DNA from: Squalus acanthias
Taxonomy: Eukaryota
Reading direction: 5' to 3'
NCBI GenBank assembly: GCA_030390025.1
Contig: CM059432.1
Span: 126,730,001-126,794,000 of the forward strand
DNA: 64,000 nt
In this document: in pieces, positions 48,397 through 61,539 of the stretch
Layout: every line of letters begins with the position of its first letter
Position numbering within the stretch: the stretch's first letter is position 1
Program-made: the position numbers and the translations under genes
The notes under the pieces: generated by a model
What the model saw: the letters and a program-made list of their open reading frames with translations, nothing else
What the model was told of the DNA's origin: nothing
Databases searched by the model: none

Positions 48397-49788
48397 CTGA
48401 GAGGGAAAAATTGTCCCTTATAATTATAGAATGAACTCACTGGAAACACTCAAACCATAAAACATTACTGCAGCTAGAGGCAGGGGACAAAACAAAGGAT
48501 TTTTTAAAACGTGTTGGACCCGATGGCTGCAAATATAAATTTAACGACACAACCTCAAGGCAAATGGTTTAATTTGCGACCCGTAACAGCCAACTAAACC
48601 CTGGAGTGCAATGCGTCAGAACCTGATTTTTTTTAAAATATATAAACGAAGCAGCTTAAGCAACCAAATCTCCATTGATGTCAGTTTTGTACTTTATCTT
48701 GTTCTCTCTGCACCATCACAGGGGCAAGCAGTTGACTTGTCCCCAGGTTTCTGCTGCAGTTCAAACAGCTAATAAATGGCCCGCGAGCTATTTATCTCCT
48801 CCTTTAAAACAAAACTAGGAAGAACTTAGCTGATGCTGGATTTTAAGAGCACTAAAACATTTGGATCAATATTTAGGATTTAAAAGAATCAAATATTAAC
48901 ATTCAATTAAGGCATTCACCAACAAAGGCAGGTACTGTCAGCTAACCAGCTCTCCAGCTAATGCTTTGGATGCCCAAATCAAAAATAAACTTTTGCAGAA
49001 CAAAGCTTCAATATGGTTGTGACGTTACTCTTGCAATTGCTTCTTAGCTGAAGAGAGCCTGGTTTGCTACTGTGCTTGCTTAGTTGGACTCTAAATTACA
49101 TACTCGGAACAGCCCACAGGTTTTGTTGGTGCTTTTTGAAGTTAAAGGGTAGTTTCCACCTGTTCCCCAAACATGATAACTCCATCAGCTTGATCCTTCC
49201 TTGCCTCATAAGTTTGATACTTCTGGCTCTCCTAATTCCAGTTAGTCTTAAAATACACTTTTAAAAAAAGACTCTTAGAAAAGCTAGGAGAGCGATTAGA
49301 AAACTTGCTATAGTCATGGAGCTTTTAGTTCCTTGTAATTAACAGAAGTGTAGACAAAAAGACTTTTGTTTAAAGTAGCAGAAGGAGTCTTTAAATGGTT
49401 TCATAAAACCTTAGGAGCAATCTCAACCCATACTTGAAGCTTCCTCCTTGGAACAGCCTCCCATTCCAGATAGGAGATACAGAAAAGACCAAGATCACCA
49501 AGGATAAATCTGATCTCAGACCAACAGTAATATAATTCCTTGTTTGAAGCATGACTTTATATGGGGGGGGGGTCAATATTTGTGACTTGCTCAAGCTTTG
49601 TTCTTAAAGTCCAGTGCAAACACATGTAGGGATTAAACCATTTGTACACGTGGAAGACTCAAGTGCCAAAAAAAGACAGTATTAAAGAATTGCATCCAAA
49701 CCATTTTGAACTGAGCAGACAACTTGAAAGCGTTCAGAAAAGTACCTCATTATACTGTACATTTTCTTGAGATGACAAAACAGGTTAC

Positions 49789-49886
49789 CTTTGGCTATTT
49801 TCTGAGCAGTTTCTAGAATAGTAATTGCGGCTGGATAAGCTCTCCCACCAACAGCTAGCATAAAAGGCGTCATTCCTCTTGCATCC
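49789..49886 (-). CDS. UBR5: UBR5 exon, DARGMTPFMLAVGGRAYPAAITILETAQKIAK
   Basis: 98 nt; acceptor tttcag, donor GTAAC. Confidence 0.96.
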
Positions 49887-50988
49887 CTGAAAATGCACAA
49901 TCAAGATGAACAATAAAGCAGATTTAGATAAAGGATTTAAAAACAAAATATAATTGGCACAAAAATGCACAATGAATCTAAAATTTTATTACTTGGCTAT
50001 AAATGATCGCCTTTTGGAAACAGTGGGGATAATTTACTGCAGCACCCCTTTGACTAAGGAAAGGGGTGCTGAAGAAAAACCACTGTCCTTATGACCACTA
50101 TATTGCCTTGCTGAAAAATGCACGGGTGGACATGGTGAGTTTAGGAATGGGCTCTTGTGATGCTTCCCACCCACCCCCCTTCCTTCCCTCCATGGTTTAG
50201 CCTACCATTCATGGCTATTTAGATAAGATACCGAGGCTACAGACAGCCATGGAACTATATCCTAACATAAGTCACTATCTTTGAAGGAAAGAAATTAATT
50301 TGGATGGTGGCAGGGTAATGGTTAAAGAAAACATACCTGAAACAGACAAATATATTTTATTGAAAGGGGGGGGGGGGGAAGTGAATTTTACCCAAAAAAA
50401 GGCCATCACATCAACTAATGTAAAACTGTTTAAGCCGCTTTAATACACCATTTATATTGCAGTTTCTGCTCCCAAAGGCTGTATTGTAATATAAATGGGA
50501 CAGTATGCACACATCTGGAGGCAAAGATAATATCACCACTGGCACTGACCATCAGGTTTGCCATTTCAAGGGTGTGCTGAAAGCTTTGCCTGTCTATTCA
50601 GGCCAGTTTCTTCTATACTGGCATGTAGGATGTGCCTCTTGCACTGGGGACAGGAAAACTTCATGACTTTTGCATGTGTACAGTTGTTCCAGCTAGCTTC
50701 TTGCATTTGCCCTGCAGTATAACTGCATTAAATTAGGAACTAGGGTTAACCAAAATCAGACTACAGGAGATTCTGAAAAATGGGATATAAAAAACACAAA
50801 CTCATTAGAAAACTGAAGTGAAGTGTTTCCTCACAAGACAACATGTATTTTTTTTCATCAAGATAAACGCTAACTTCTTTAGAAGAGGGTGCTTTCATGC
50901 ACTTCATTTGAATATGAGGAAAACACCTTTACTATGCATACTCAACCCTCTGTTCCCCGACTGCCCAGTCCCACTTTCTTTTATACTA

Positions 50989-51147
50989 AAGTGAGAAGTC
51001 GCACACCACCAGGTTATAGTCCAACAGTTTTATTTGAAATCACACGCTTTCGGAGCGGCTGCTCCTTCGTGTTGGACTATAACCTGGTGTTGTGCGACTT
51101 CTCACTTTTGTCCACCCCAGTCCAACACCGGCATCTCCGCATCATGG
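50989..51147. mobile_element. Penelope-like insertion made of two inverted terminal-repeat pieces
   Basis: 39-bp inverted repeat (50988-51026 / 51070-51108, 1 mismatch); 12-bp TSD tcttttatacta at 50977-50988 and 51148-51159. Confidence 0.8.
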
Positions 51148-51480
51148 TCTTTTATACTAGACAATGGTAATTGGAAAAGCTCCCAATTTAGTCAAAATCC
51201 AGTACCTAATGTGTATTACAACCATTTAAGAAACAGCCATGGTTAAAATTAAGTTAGCTGCTTTGTTTTATTGGTATCCACCTACAATACACTGCAAAAC
51301 CAGGTTTAGGTTATGGATTGTATGCTTCAAAAGATATCAAAGTGACTACTATCATTACATATCACATTCTTAGTCTATACACAAGTATGTCCCAAGAATT
51401 TAACTTTTTTATACCAAGTTTACATCCTGCTGACCTTCAAATTTGTTACAAAAGCCATTTGAATTATACACTATACTTAC

Positions 51481-51604
51481 TTGGCTGAAAGCAATTCTCG
51501 AAGATAAGGTCGCAGTACCACACTTTCACAAAGCAATTTTAAAATCAGATGAGCATTAGCTTTTCTGTCCTTTGACTCCACTACAGGTGGTTCAGAAGAA
51601 GGAC
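51481..51604 (-). CDS. UBR5: UBR5 exon, PSSEPPVVESKDRKANAHLILKLLCESVVLRPYLRELLSA
   Basis: 124 nt; acceptor ctccag, donor GTAAG. Confidence 0.95.
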
Positions 51605-53639
51605 CTGGAGTGGAAAAAACAAAACTACATTTAAAGTGAGAAGCAGAAAAAAGTATGCTTTTATACTAGATTTTTTTCAGACTATAGAGTTTTATAGTTG
51701 TTCACTGATAAAGTCTAAATTTAAGCAAAATTCAATCCGACAGAACATTTTCTCTTGCATAAGCCCACTTAGTGGATAAGGAAATACTTATATATAACAC
51801 AATGGAACATCAAAGTGTTGGGCCTAACTGATGGGACAAAGGTCCATGTTCAGGATTACTGTGACAAATTCCCAATCTCAATAATGCTGTTAAGGGGAGG
51901 CAATGAACAGTACACAAACATGTTGCATAGGGATGAAGCAACCCCAGGATCACTCGTTCAGATCCTTGTGGCAAGCTTAAGAATGGTATTTCTGAACTAT
52001 GAGCAGCCCATGAGGACCTGAAGAAGCGGATGAGTTGAGAAAATGTACGCAAGGAGAATACATTACTTTAAAAAAAAAATTACATAGAAATTCAGCACAG
52101 CAACAGGCCATTCAGCCCAATGTGTTTATGCTCCAAACAAGCCATCAGGAAAAAAAAACTGAAGGAGTACTGCACTGTTGGAAGGTGTCATCTTTCAATA
52201 CATGTACCTAACTGTTGCCCTGCAATTCTATTTTACCGTTCAATATTAAAATCTATTATTTTCTCTTCTATCTGGAATCTCTCATTCACCCTCCATCCAT
52301 CACTTTTTTGAGGAAATTAATGTCTGTTTATTCCTCTCATTCTGATTTCTAAAGCACTAACTTCCAGATTAGAAGAACGTTCCTGAGACTTTGCTTAAAT
52401 GCAGCATTATTCTTTCCTTCAAAATCACATTTTTGCATTTAAAATGAGCCTCTAGATGGTTTGCTAAAATGTATTCAAAAGGTATGACAAACTGGAAGGC
52501 AAGACATGAAGCAGATTTGGATCCTATGACCAGGGAAGACAAGAATAATGTGCCTTGCTCTTAAAATGAGCCACTGTGTTGTGTTTTAAACAAAAATGAC
52601 ATTGCCAGCCAACAAAAAATCTTGGCTTAGGCACTTATACAAACAGACTGCGCTGAAAACAGAAGTTAAGCAACTGTGCAAAACATTACAAGGTATAGAA
52701 ACTAAAAAATTTAGACATTTCACAAAGGGTACCTTGAAGGCTAAACTGTGGTCTATTACTGAATTTTCTACAATTTTTATTTTCGTAATGTGCAGAAACG
52801 AGAATTAACTGCTGTACTGCGGTCAAACAGCTCAGTTGGTTAATTGAGGACAAAGCCTGCAACCCTTTCTGGCTATGCTGGCTAATGAAGTAGCTGAACC
52901 AGGAAGATCCCAGGTTCTATTCCCCAATCACTGCAGAGAGTTAGGTGATCGCAGCCAGGCCAACAACAGGGGTGCTGAAAAGTAATTGGCTTCAGTGCCC
53001 ATGGTTAAGAGAAGGAATCATGCAGAGATCCTCTGAGAAGTACTCTTAAGGGCCAAATGTTCCAATAGTTTTCCCCAACTTGAATGATTTATATGTGGAG
53101 ATTCAATATAGCCTTTCACGAGGCTATATTTCAAATTATATATTTTTTGATAAATAAGCATATCAATACACATTAAAAGTAAACATTTTGGGAATGATAT
53201 GCAAGTGACAAATATTTAGTTTGCTAAGGCCAACAGAACAGGAGATCTGAAGCCAGATATACTATTAAAATAATTTGAATCTGCCACTGTCCCGCCTTCC
53301 CCCCCCACCTCACAATGGCTCCATTGGTAAAGATTTGACCTCTCAGGAAAAAGTGGTAGTAGGGATGCTATAGGCAGTTTTACTGCCTGCCCCATGGCCA
53401 ATGAGGTGAAAATTACACAGGAGTTCCACTCCTGAATACTATTCAATGACACCTGCTGGAGTGCATGACAGATGAGGTTTGGATCAGGCACAGCTTTGAT
53501 GCGCTTTCCTCATCCCCTCACCCCAAGGGTTGTAAAGCCTGCACTCACTCGATGACTAGGATCACACAAGAAAGGTTATTTGGGCACGGTAACTACAACA
53601 GAAGTCAAAAACCTTCAGGTAGAAGTAGAAAATCCTCAC

Positions 53640-53735
53640 CTGGTATGGTAGATGTGCTTGGTCCTTGTCCAGTGCCAGACGCTGCTGTGGTAAGAGATCC
53701 CACAGCGGGGGCCAGGATAAAATCAATGTCACCAT
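53640..53735 (-). CDS. UBR5: UBR5 exon, GDIDFILAPAVGSLTTAASGTGQGPSTSTIP
   Basis: 96 nt; acceptor gaaag, donor GTGAG; phases fit both neighbours. Confidence 0.93.
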
Positions 53736-54359
53736 CTTTCAGTAAACAGAACAGCAGATGTTCATCAATAGAACAAAACAATCCCCTGGCAAAGACCCTT
53801 TAATGATAAAAAAATGCTCCTTCCCTGCACTCCATTTTACTGGGTGGTAAAATTCAATAGTTTAATCCATGCTCTCTGAAGCTGTAGGTTTTATGCGGGG
53901 ATTCCAAAAATTTCGTTAATTGACTGCATTCTGCACAGAGTACTCATTTCAACATTTAATGCTTTCAAAATGAACGAACTATGTCAGAGCTAAGTACTAA
54001 AGGCGAAGATCTCTTGGTTTCCAAAAATACCAGAGAAACTTGTTCCTGGCATTTACAAATCTTTCAGAAACAGCAGCAGTAAATCAAAACAAGCTTCTAA
54101 AATATTTCAAACTACACAAAACAAAATGTGTGAAGGGAGGAATCAGTGACTCCAGACAACAGAAATCAAACAAAATAGTATCTCATCTTGACTATCAAAA
54201 ATTCAGTATTTAACAAGCAAGAATAATTAATCTCACTGTGTACAACTGTTAAAACACACACTGTGGTAAAAACACGCACTGTGGTAAAAACTAAAAGCCA
54301 ATCGTGTGGACCACGAGAGGAAATGGTGGGATGACAAATCATCCAAGATGGATGCTGCC

Positions 54360-54745
54360 CAACAACAACTTGCTTTTATACAGTGCCTTTAACATAGTAA
54401 AACATGCCAAGGCACTTCAAAGGAGTTTTGTCAAACAAAATTTGACACCAAGCCACAATGAGATACTAGGACAGGTGACTAGGTAGGTTTTAAGGAGGCA
54501 GAGAGGTTTAAGGAGGGAATTCCAGAGCTGAAGGCACGGCTGTCAACTATGGAGTGATAAAAATCAGGGATGTGCAAGTGGCCAGAATTGTAGGAGCGCA
54601 GAGATCTGAGAGGGTTGCAGAGATAGGGAGGGGTGAGGCCATGGAGGGATTTGAAAACAAGGATGACAATTTTAAAATCAAGGTGTTGCCGGACAGGGAG
54701 CCAATGTAGGTCAGCAAGGTCAGGGGTGATGGACTGTCCTGGCAC
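54360..54745 (-). mobile_element. L2 3' fragment
   Basis: ITPDLADLHWLPVRQHLDFKIVILVFKSLHGLTPPYL; aacaacaacttgc tail. Confidence 0.85.
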
Positions 54746-55418
54746 CTGCAGCAAGAGCTCAGTAATCTTATATTTAAGGACTGGCACAAGATCCATAGAT
54801 TCACTTTGAGGTAACTCTGAATATTTAAGATACTGGTCATCTCTAGGTTGAGAGTCCACTCAAGGTCAAATCTTAGTCATACGTAAGGTGTACGCCATGA
54901 CAGTTCTACACTCCTTGGAGCTATTACACAAAAATAATGGTGAGGTCCTAACAATACCAGGGCCATTCTGGCATGGTGCAGAATGAGAATGGTTTTCTCT
55001 ACAATCTTCATTGCAGCAGTGATGGATGCCCTCAGTTACACTGATTTGTGAGACTTGTTCCATCAGAAGAGCAATATTTCTCAAAGCTCTATTGCTTTAT
55101 GTGCTATGTTACCAAAGCTAGCCTATGCATTTTGAGACCATGATCCCTAGAAGTGGGCACCACATCCTTTGAAGGAAAAGTTATCACAGCTACACAAAAG
55201 CACAATTTACAACTACAATGTGCTTAGAATAATTCTCAAAACCATGACTGTAAAGCATTAGCAGTATCCTGGTTGAAGTAGTTCTGGGACAATTACGCAG
55301 GAAAGTTCAGCTGCAACAACCTCAGGCTGGAATGTACTTGTGGTATAATTCTGCATACTGCAGAGTGTGTAGGTTCAGACTGTATTGTCCCAAGGTAATC
55401 AGAACAATGCAGCTAGAC

Positions 55419-55919
55419 AACTTTAAAAGCCAGACCCTCCCTTGGCTCCAGTCCTGCGCAAATTGGCTGCCACGTTTCCCACATTACAACCGTGACTACA
55501 CTCCAAAAGTACTTGATTGGCTGTAAAGTGCTTTGAGACGTCTGGTGGTTGTGAAAGGCGCTATAAAAATGCAAGTATTTCTTTCTTACTGATGATCACA
55601 AAACCCCAGTACACTTGGCAAACTAACAGAATGTACTGTTTATGCTACAATGAGAAAGAATCACTGGAGATAATTCTTCTGAATATTCTGATTGCGAACA
55701 TGTGGCAAATTCGTGAGCTGTGACTGGTCGCTTACTTGGACTACATTAAAACTTTAAAAGCCAGACCCTCCCCTGGCTCCAGTCCTGTGCAAATTGGCTG
55801 CCACGTTTCCCACATTACAACAGTGACTCCACTTCAAAAGTACTTCATTGGCTGTAAAGCGCTTTGAGACGTCCGGTGGGCGTGAAAGGCGCTATTTAAA
55901 TGCAAGTCTTTCTTTCTTT
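55419..55919 (+). repeat. Local direct repeat of about 170 bp (55419-55588 and 55750-55919): short leader plus DeuSINE 3' end
   Basis: Both copies start aactttaaaagccagaccctccc and end aaatgcaagt.tttctttctt. Confidence 0.9.
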
Positions 55920-57723
55920 TTACATTGAAATCGAGCACTTTCTGCAATATCCTCCTACCCCAATGTAAAAATAAACATTCCAAGACATCTTGCCAGTCTC
56001 CCAAATCACTTGCAACACCTGGACTTGCCTTTCAGTGTGGAGTTCAAGACCTCGCATCCATAACAGATCATTTCCACGGTGGTAGAACAAAGCAGCAAAA
56101 GTAAAACGATGAGCTTTACCGACCCAAGCAAACCTGCATTACAGTTCGAGATGGCCAAGTTTCTGTAGCTTTAATTTTTGCCTGATTGGTGAACAACTCC
56201 AGCGAGTTGTGCTTAATTCACTAACTCTTCTGAAGTTGGTGCCCTTCTTTGCTGAGTGACCAAGATAACTTTTTGCAAGGTTCAATCATTCCAAAGGAAG
56301 AACCCCTCTCCAGCAGTTTAAACGTTCATGACAATAATTCTACTTTACATGGAATTGGCTTTTAAAGTCAAAAGTTCCTTGGTAGCAGCACTCTTGACTG
56401 CACAATCATTCCTTTGAACTGCAGCTGATTCTAGTAAAATAAAGGAATTAGGTTTCTCTCTCAACTGTTCAATGCGATTTGGGCCCCTTTTGGCAATGGT
56501 CAGAAAAGGGAAGAGAGTCAGTAAATCAGTGCTGGGGTATGGGGAATGGAAGCATTAGTGAAGGACACTTTCTGGACCCATGCCTGGCTCTTTTTAACCA
56601 GTGAGAAACTTCCTCCAAAAAGGTAAATAACTAGCTTCTCAGTGCAGCACATGCCACCTTACAAACGATGCCAAAGATTGTCATGAGGCGTTAATGGCAT
56701 TTAAAAAACTTCCATTACATCTTTTTATTTTCCAGAATAACTCTCCCTGAAATGAGACAATTTAACTCCTTCACATATGCCAGTTTATAGAATACCTGAA
56801 ATTTTCAACCAGGCCTGCAGAGCAAAATTCCTGGGATTACGTCTACTTTAAAAGCAAACATTACATAACTAGTCCAAGACTTATGGAAAATTTATAAAGT
56901 TGATTACATTGACACATTGTCCTTTATAGCACAAAGTGCCTGACTCAGTGGTGTACTAATCTGAACCATTAGCTGGAAAATAAACACCTGGATTGGAAGA
57001 GTTGCAATCTGGACATGCATCCACCTTTTTTGATTACATTTCTATAATTCAACATTTTTTTTTTACCTGCCGACATTAATATGTGTCTTACTGGTCTAAC
57101 ATTAATATACGTCTTACTGGTCTATACATGAACTATATGGAATCCACAACATATAAATTAGAGCTTCCTCCATTGCCAGTACAACTCCAGACTGTCAGAC
57201 TCAACTAAAGCTGAAGGTGACCTGAGCCATTTATGAGTACATGGCTGGAAATGACGGATACTGTTTTACAACATGGTGGTGTTTTGGCAGATACTGGTGG
57301 TGCTATCCTCTTACACTCATCCCTTCATCCCTCCTGCTCCCAACTATACTGACCAAGGACCAGATCTGTATCAGTCCAGTCACAAATGACATGATGGCTT
57401 GCAGAGCTATGGAGATGGGATCAAAAATTTATTTTAACATGCTTCTTAGAGGAATACGGTCACTCAATGATCCAGTCATACTGTTTTGGTAACTATCAAT
57501 GGGAGTGTCAGCTAACCCCAATGCTCAGGTAAACAGTGCTCTGGTGCCAGCAAAATGACGATATTAACAACCTTAAAGGTTTTTACAACAAAACAGGTTG
57601 TTAACTCCAGATGATGTCACCTTCTCTGTAGTCTTGAGAACACAAAACACAATTCCACTGTTGCTTTGATTTTGGACTGTTCTCTGAACAACCTCAATGA
57701 ACAGTGCTAAATTCTACCTGTTA

Positions 57724-58860
57724 TTAGAATCATAGAATGGTTACAGCACAGAAGGCGGCCATTTGGCCCGTGCTGGCTCCCAACAAGAGCACTTCAGCTT
57801 GTCTCAACCCCCGGCCCTTTCCCCATAGCCCTGCAATTTTTTTTCTTTCAGGTACTTATCCAATTCCCTTTTGAAAGCCACGATTGAATCTGCCTCCACC
57901 ACCCTTTCAGGCATTGCATTCCAGATCCTAACCACTCGCTGCATAAAAAGTTTCCCCTCATGTTGCCTTTGGTTCTTCTGCCAATCACCTTAAATCTGTG
58001 TCCTCTGGTTCTCGACCCTTCCGCCAATGGGAACAGTTTCTCTCTCTCTACTCTGTCTAGACCCCTCATGATTTTGAACACCTCTATTAAATCTCCTCTC
58101 AACTTTCTCTGCTCCAAGGAGAACAACCCCAGCTTCTCCAGTCTATCCACGTAACTAAAGTCCCTCATCCCTGGAACCACTCTTCTGGATCCTCTCCAAG
58201 GCCTTCACATCCTTCCTAAAGTGTGGTGCTCAGAATTGGACACAATACTCCAGTTGAGGCCGAATCAGTGTTTTATAAAGGTTCATCACAACTTCCTTGC
58301 TTTTGTACTCTATGCCTCTATTTATGAAGCCCAGGATCCCCTATGTTTTTTTTTAAACTGCTTTCTCAACCTGCCCTGCCACCTTCAACAACTTATGCAC
58401 ATATACCCTCAGGTCTCTCTGTTCATGCACCCCCTTTAGGATTGTACCCTTTAGTTTATATTGCCTGTCCTCGTTCTTCCTACCAAAATGTATCACTTCG
58501 CACTTTTCTGCGTTAAATTTCATCTGCCATGTGTCCGCCCATTCCACCAGCCTGTCCATATCCTCTTGAAGTCTATCACTCTCCTCCTCACTGTTCACTA
58601 TACTTCCAAGTTTTGTCTCATCTGCAAATTTTGAAATTATGCCCTGTACACCCAAGTCTAAGTCATTAATATACATCAAGAAAAGCAGTGGTCCTAGTAC
58701 CGACCCCTGGGAACACCACTGTGTACCTTCCTCCAGTCCGAAAAACAACCATTCACCACTACTCTCTCTTTCCTGTCACTTAGCCAATTTCGTATCCATG
58801 CTGCCACTGTCCCTTTTATTCCATGGGCTTCAACTTTGCTGGCAAGCCTATTATGTGGCT
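57724..58860 (-). mobile_element. CR1 LINE 3' fragment of a different subfamily
   Basis: QGSVLGPLLFLMYINDL, KFADETK, LRGDLIEVFKIM; tail ttctatgattcta. Confidence 0.92.
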
Positions 58861-59535
58861 CTTGACAAGTCTGATTCCAGTCACTTTGAAAAAGGTTGAG
58901 TCATCACTATTTGTATACTATCCTTTCTCCAATGTTTTAACCGTTCACAATTCACATTGCACAGAATAGGCTGCCACCCCCCCCCCCACTTATGACGACC
59001 AATATCATGAGGGCTGTCAGAAAGACAAAAACCTGCATTTACAAAGCACCTCATCACATCCTCAGGATCTCCAAAGTGCTTTAGAATCAATGGATTATTT
59101 TGATGTCCTGCCACTTTTGTAGGCCCTCACCATAAATGATCCAACTAGATAAACAAATCACTGTATCCTAGCATCAACGGACAATGTTTGAATAACATTG
59201 ATGTATGCCTCAACCAAGGAATTTGCTATGAAAAAGAAATCTCAAAACTACACGTTGTCAATGACTGAACAAAAAATGAAAAACACTGAAAACCTTGCTA
59301 AGCACAGCAAAATATTTAAACCTACATTAACATAGGAAGATTAATTTTGTGAAAGTGGTTTGCTTTCCAAAGCTACTGAACATGGAAGAATAGAACCAGA
59401 AATATGGTCCCAGAATCAGACCTGCATAAAATCTAGATAGTGAAATGCACGTAAACAACTAAGAGTGCACCACTCAAAAGTAAATTGAACAACATGCCAC
59501 TATGATGTCTTTTGTGTGGTAAGGACAAGTGTCCG

Positions 59536-59972
59536 CCTTGGCTCAGCGGTAGCACTCTGACCCGAGTCAGACAGATGTGGGATAAAGCCCCACTCTAGTG
59601 ACTTCAGCACATAATTTAGGTTGACACATCAGTGCAGTACTAGGGGAGTGGTGCTGCACTGTCAGAGGCTTTTTAAATGATGTTAAATCAAGGTCCCGTC
59701 TGCCCTCTAAGGTGGGCATAAAATAATTCACGGCACTATTTGAAGAGCAGCAGCAGCGTCCCCCTGGTGTCCTGGCCAACGTTTCTCCTTTAACCAACAC
59801 CACCAAAAATCTCAATTTATTTCACTACTGTTTGTGGGATCACAAATTGCCTGTTGCGTTTCCTACATTAAAACAGTGATCACACTTCAAAACTATTTAA
59901 TTGTCTGTAAAGCACTTTGGGACGTCCTGAGGTCGGGAAAGGCGCTATATAAATGCAAGTCTTTCATTCTTA
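59536..59972 (+). mobile_element. Full-length DeuSINE (SacSINE1-like)
   Basis: tRNA-like head tggctcagcggtagcactct, central gatgttaaatcaaggtccc...cctggtgtcctggccaac, tail gcgctatataaatgcaagtctttc. Confidence 0.8.
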
Positions 59973-60374
59973 TTCAGACACTTCTTTCTTACTTTGTCTA
60001 GAAGTACGAGAACACTGGCTACAAGACCAAAATGGTTATTGACAAATTTTCTGCATCTGTACAACTGAATACATGAGCTGGCACTGAAAGGGATGACGAC
60101 CATTTTGTCTCCTCAGCACAATCAAATGTTTTCTTTTGTATGTGCACTCAAAATGACGTGTGCATCAACTACAGGGATGCAGTTTTTGCCCTCGATGTCA
60201 GTGTACTTTGTAAATGCATACCAATACCTAATGAAACATCATTTTATTGCAGCCAAAGATAAACCATTTTCATGGTGAAATTACGCTTCAAATTCTCATA
60301 TGTATTTTTGCTAAAACTTTAACCAGGATCTAGCATTCAGCAAATGATTTTCCTGTAAATCAGGAAACACTAAC

Positions 60375-60526
60375 CTGGATCAATTGCAGGTGGATCTGGT
60401 GCCCAGCTAAGTGGAGCAATAGGAGGAGATACTGGGTCCTGATGGTCACTGGATGAAGCACCAGACTCATGACGTCCTAAGCCCGCAGCTCGTAGTGAGC
60501 GCCTCATCATCTCACGTAATCTTAAA
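60375..60526 (-). CDS. UBR5: UBR5 exon, LRLREMMRRSLRAAGLGRHE...PDPPAIDP
   Basis: 152 nt; acceptor ctccaag, donor GTTAG; inside ORF 60370..60555. Confidence 0.95.
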
Positions 60527-61173
60527 CTTGGAGGAGAAATTAGTGTAAAGCACATTATTTATTTATTTTTTTTTGGGGGGGGGGGAGGAGAGAGAGAAGA
60601 AACCTCATTTCTTGGTATGATCCAATTAATTGCTATGATCATTAGTTGGAGCACTCTATTTGGTCCTTTGGTTTTGCTAAAAAATAAACCCATTTTAACA
60701 AAATTCTACTCTCAATATATCCACTGCAAATCAAATGTATATTTGGAATCAGATTGGCTTATCTTTCAGTCCAAGTGGGCTAGGCAGGTACTGGTTTATT
60801 GACCAGATCTAGACAGCTTCAGCTGTTAATGTGCTCTCAAAAACTTTGGCATGCACTGCAAGGTTTTCCCTTTCTTTCCAGAAGACACCAAAACATTCAA
60901 TTTATTTTGGATCCCTGAAGTTCCAATGAAAAAAAAAAAATCACACTTGCTATCTCTTCACCCAAAGAATTGAATGGTAATAATTGGCATAAACTTCTTT
61001 CTTAGCCCAGCTTCTACTACCCCGGCCCCTAATAATATTCAGCCAGAGCTCCAACTTCCAGAGAGCTCCAGCTGGGAGGGTGGGTCCATGCTGCATTTGG
61101 ATGATTGCCAGACATATTAATTTTGTGCCAATGAGAACAGAATTTAACAGATTATCTTTGTATTTACACATAC

Positions 61174-61300
61174 CTACGACTGCTAGATGGCCCCGTCCTG
61201 TTACCACTGCTGTTACTCGACACCACTGAAATGGCATTTGCAATGGCCTCAACTGCAGATAATCTCTCTGCAAATGTATTCCTCTCCGAGCGCTCTGCTT
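61174..61300 (-). CDS. UBR5: UBR5 exon, AERSERNTFAERLSAVEAIANAISVVSSNSSGNRTGPSSSR
   Basis: 127 nt; acceptor cacag (followed by AAG CAG), donor GTATG. Confidence 0.93.
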
Positions 61301-61539
61301 CTGTGGGACAGAAATACTTAAGTCACAAGGTCTCTAACAATTATGCAAAAGGAATAGAATTCAAACCACAAGTCTCAAAGTACACCACTTAATACAGAAT
61401 TTTTTAGGTTTCACCTCATTCAATGTAGGTTTCCTGAAATGTGCTTGGCACAGCAATGAATTCAGAATAGTGAACTTTGTATGAAACTCATTTATATTTA
61501 AACACTTTTCAAAAGCTCCTCCCCCCATCCCAATTTTCC

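Noticed and set aside
57073..57124. 26-bp tandem duplication (also an 18-bp one near 54251-54290)
   Set aside because: Two units without spacers: ordinary slippage, not a CRISPR or functional array.
59536..59610. tRNA-like sequence
   Set aside because: SINE head with a degenerate B box; no cloverleaf.
60090..60280. Possible intronic snoRNA (ATGACGA box C-like motif)
   Set aside because: No suitably placed box D with a terminal stem, and no clear H/ACA layout.
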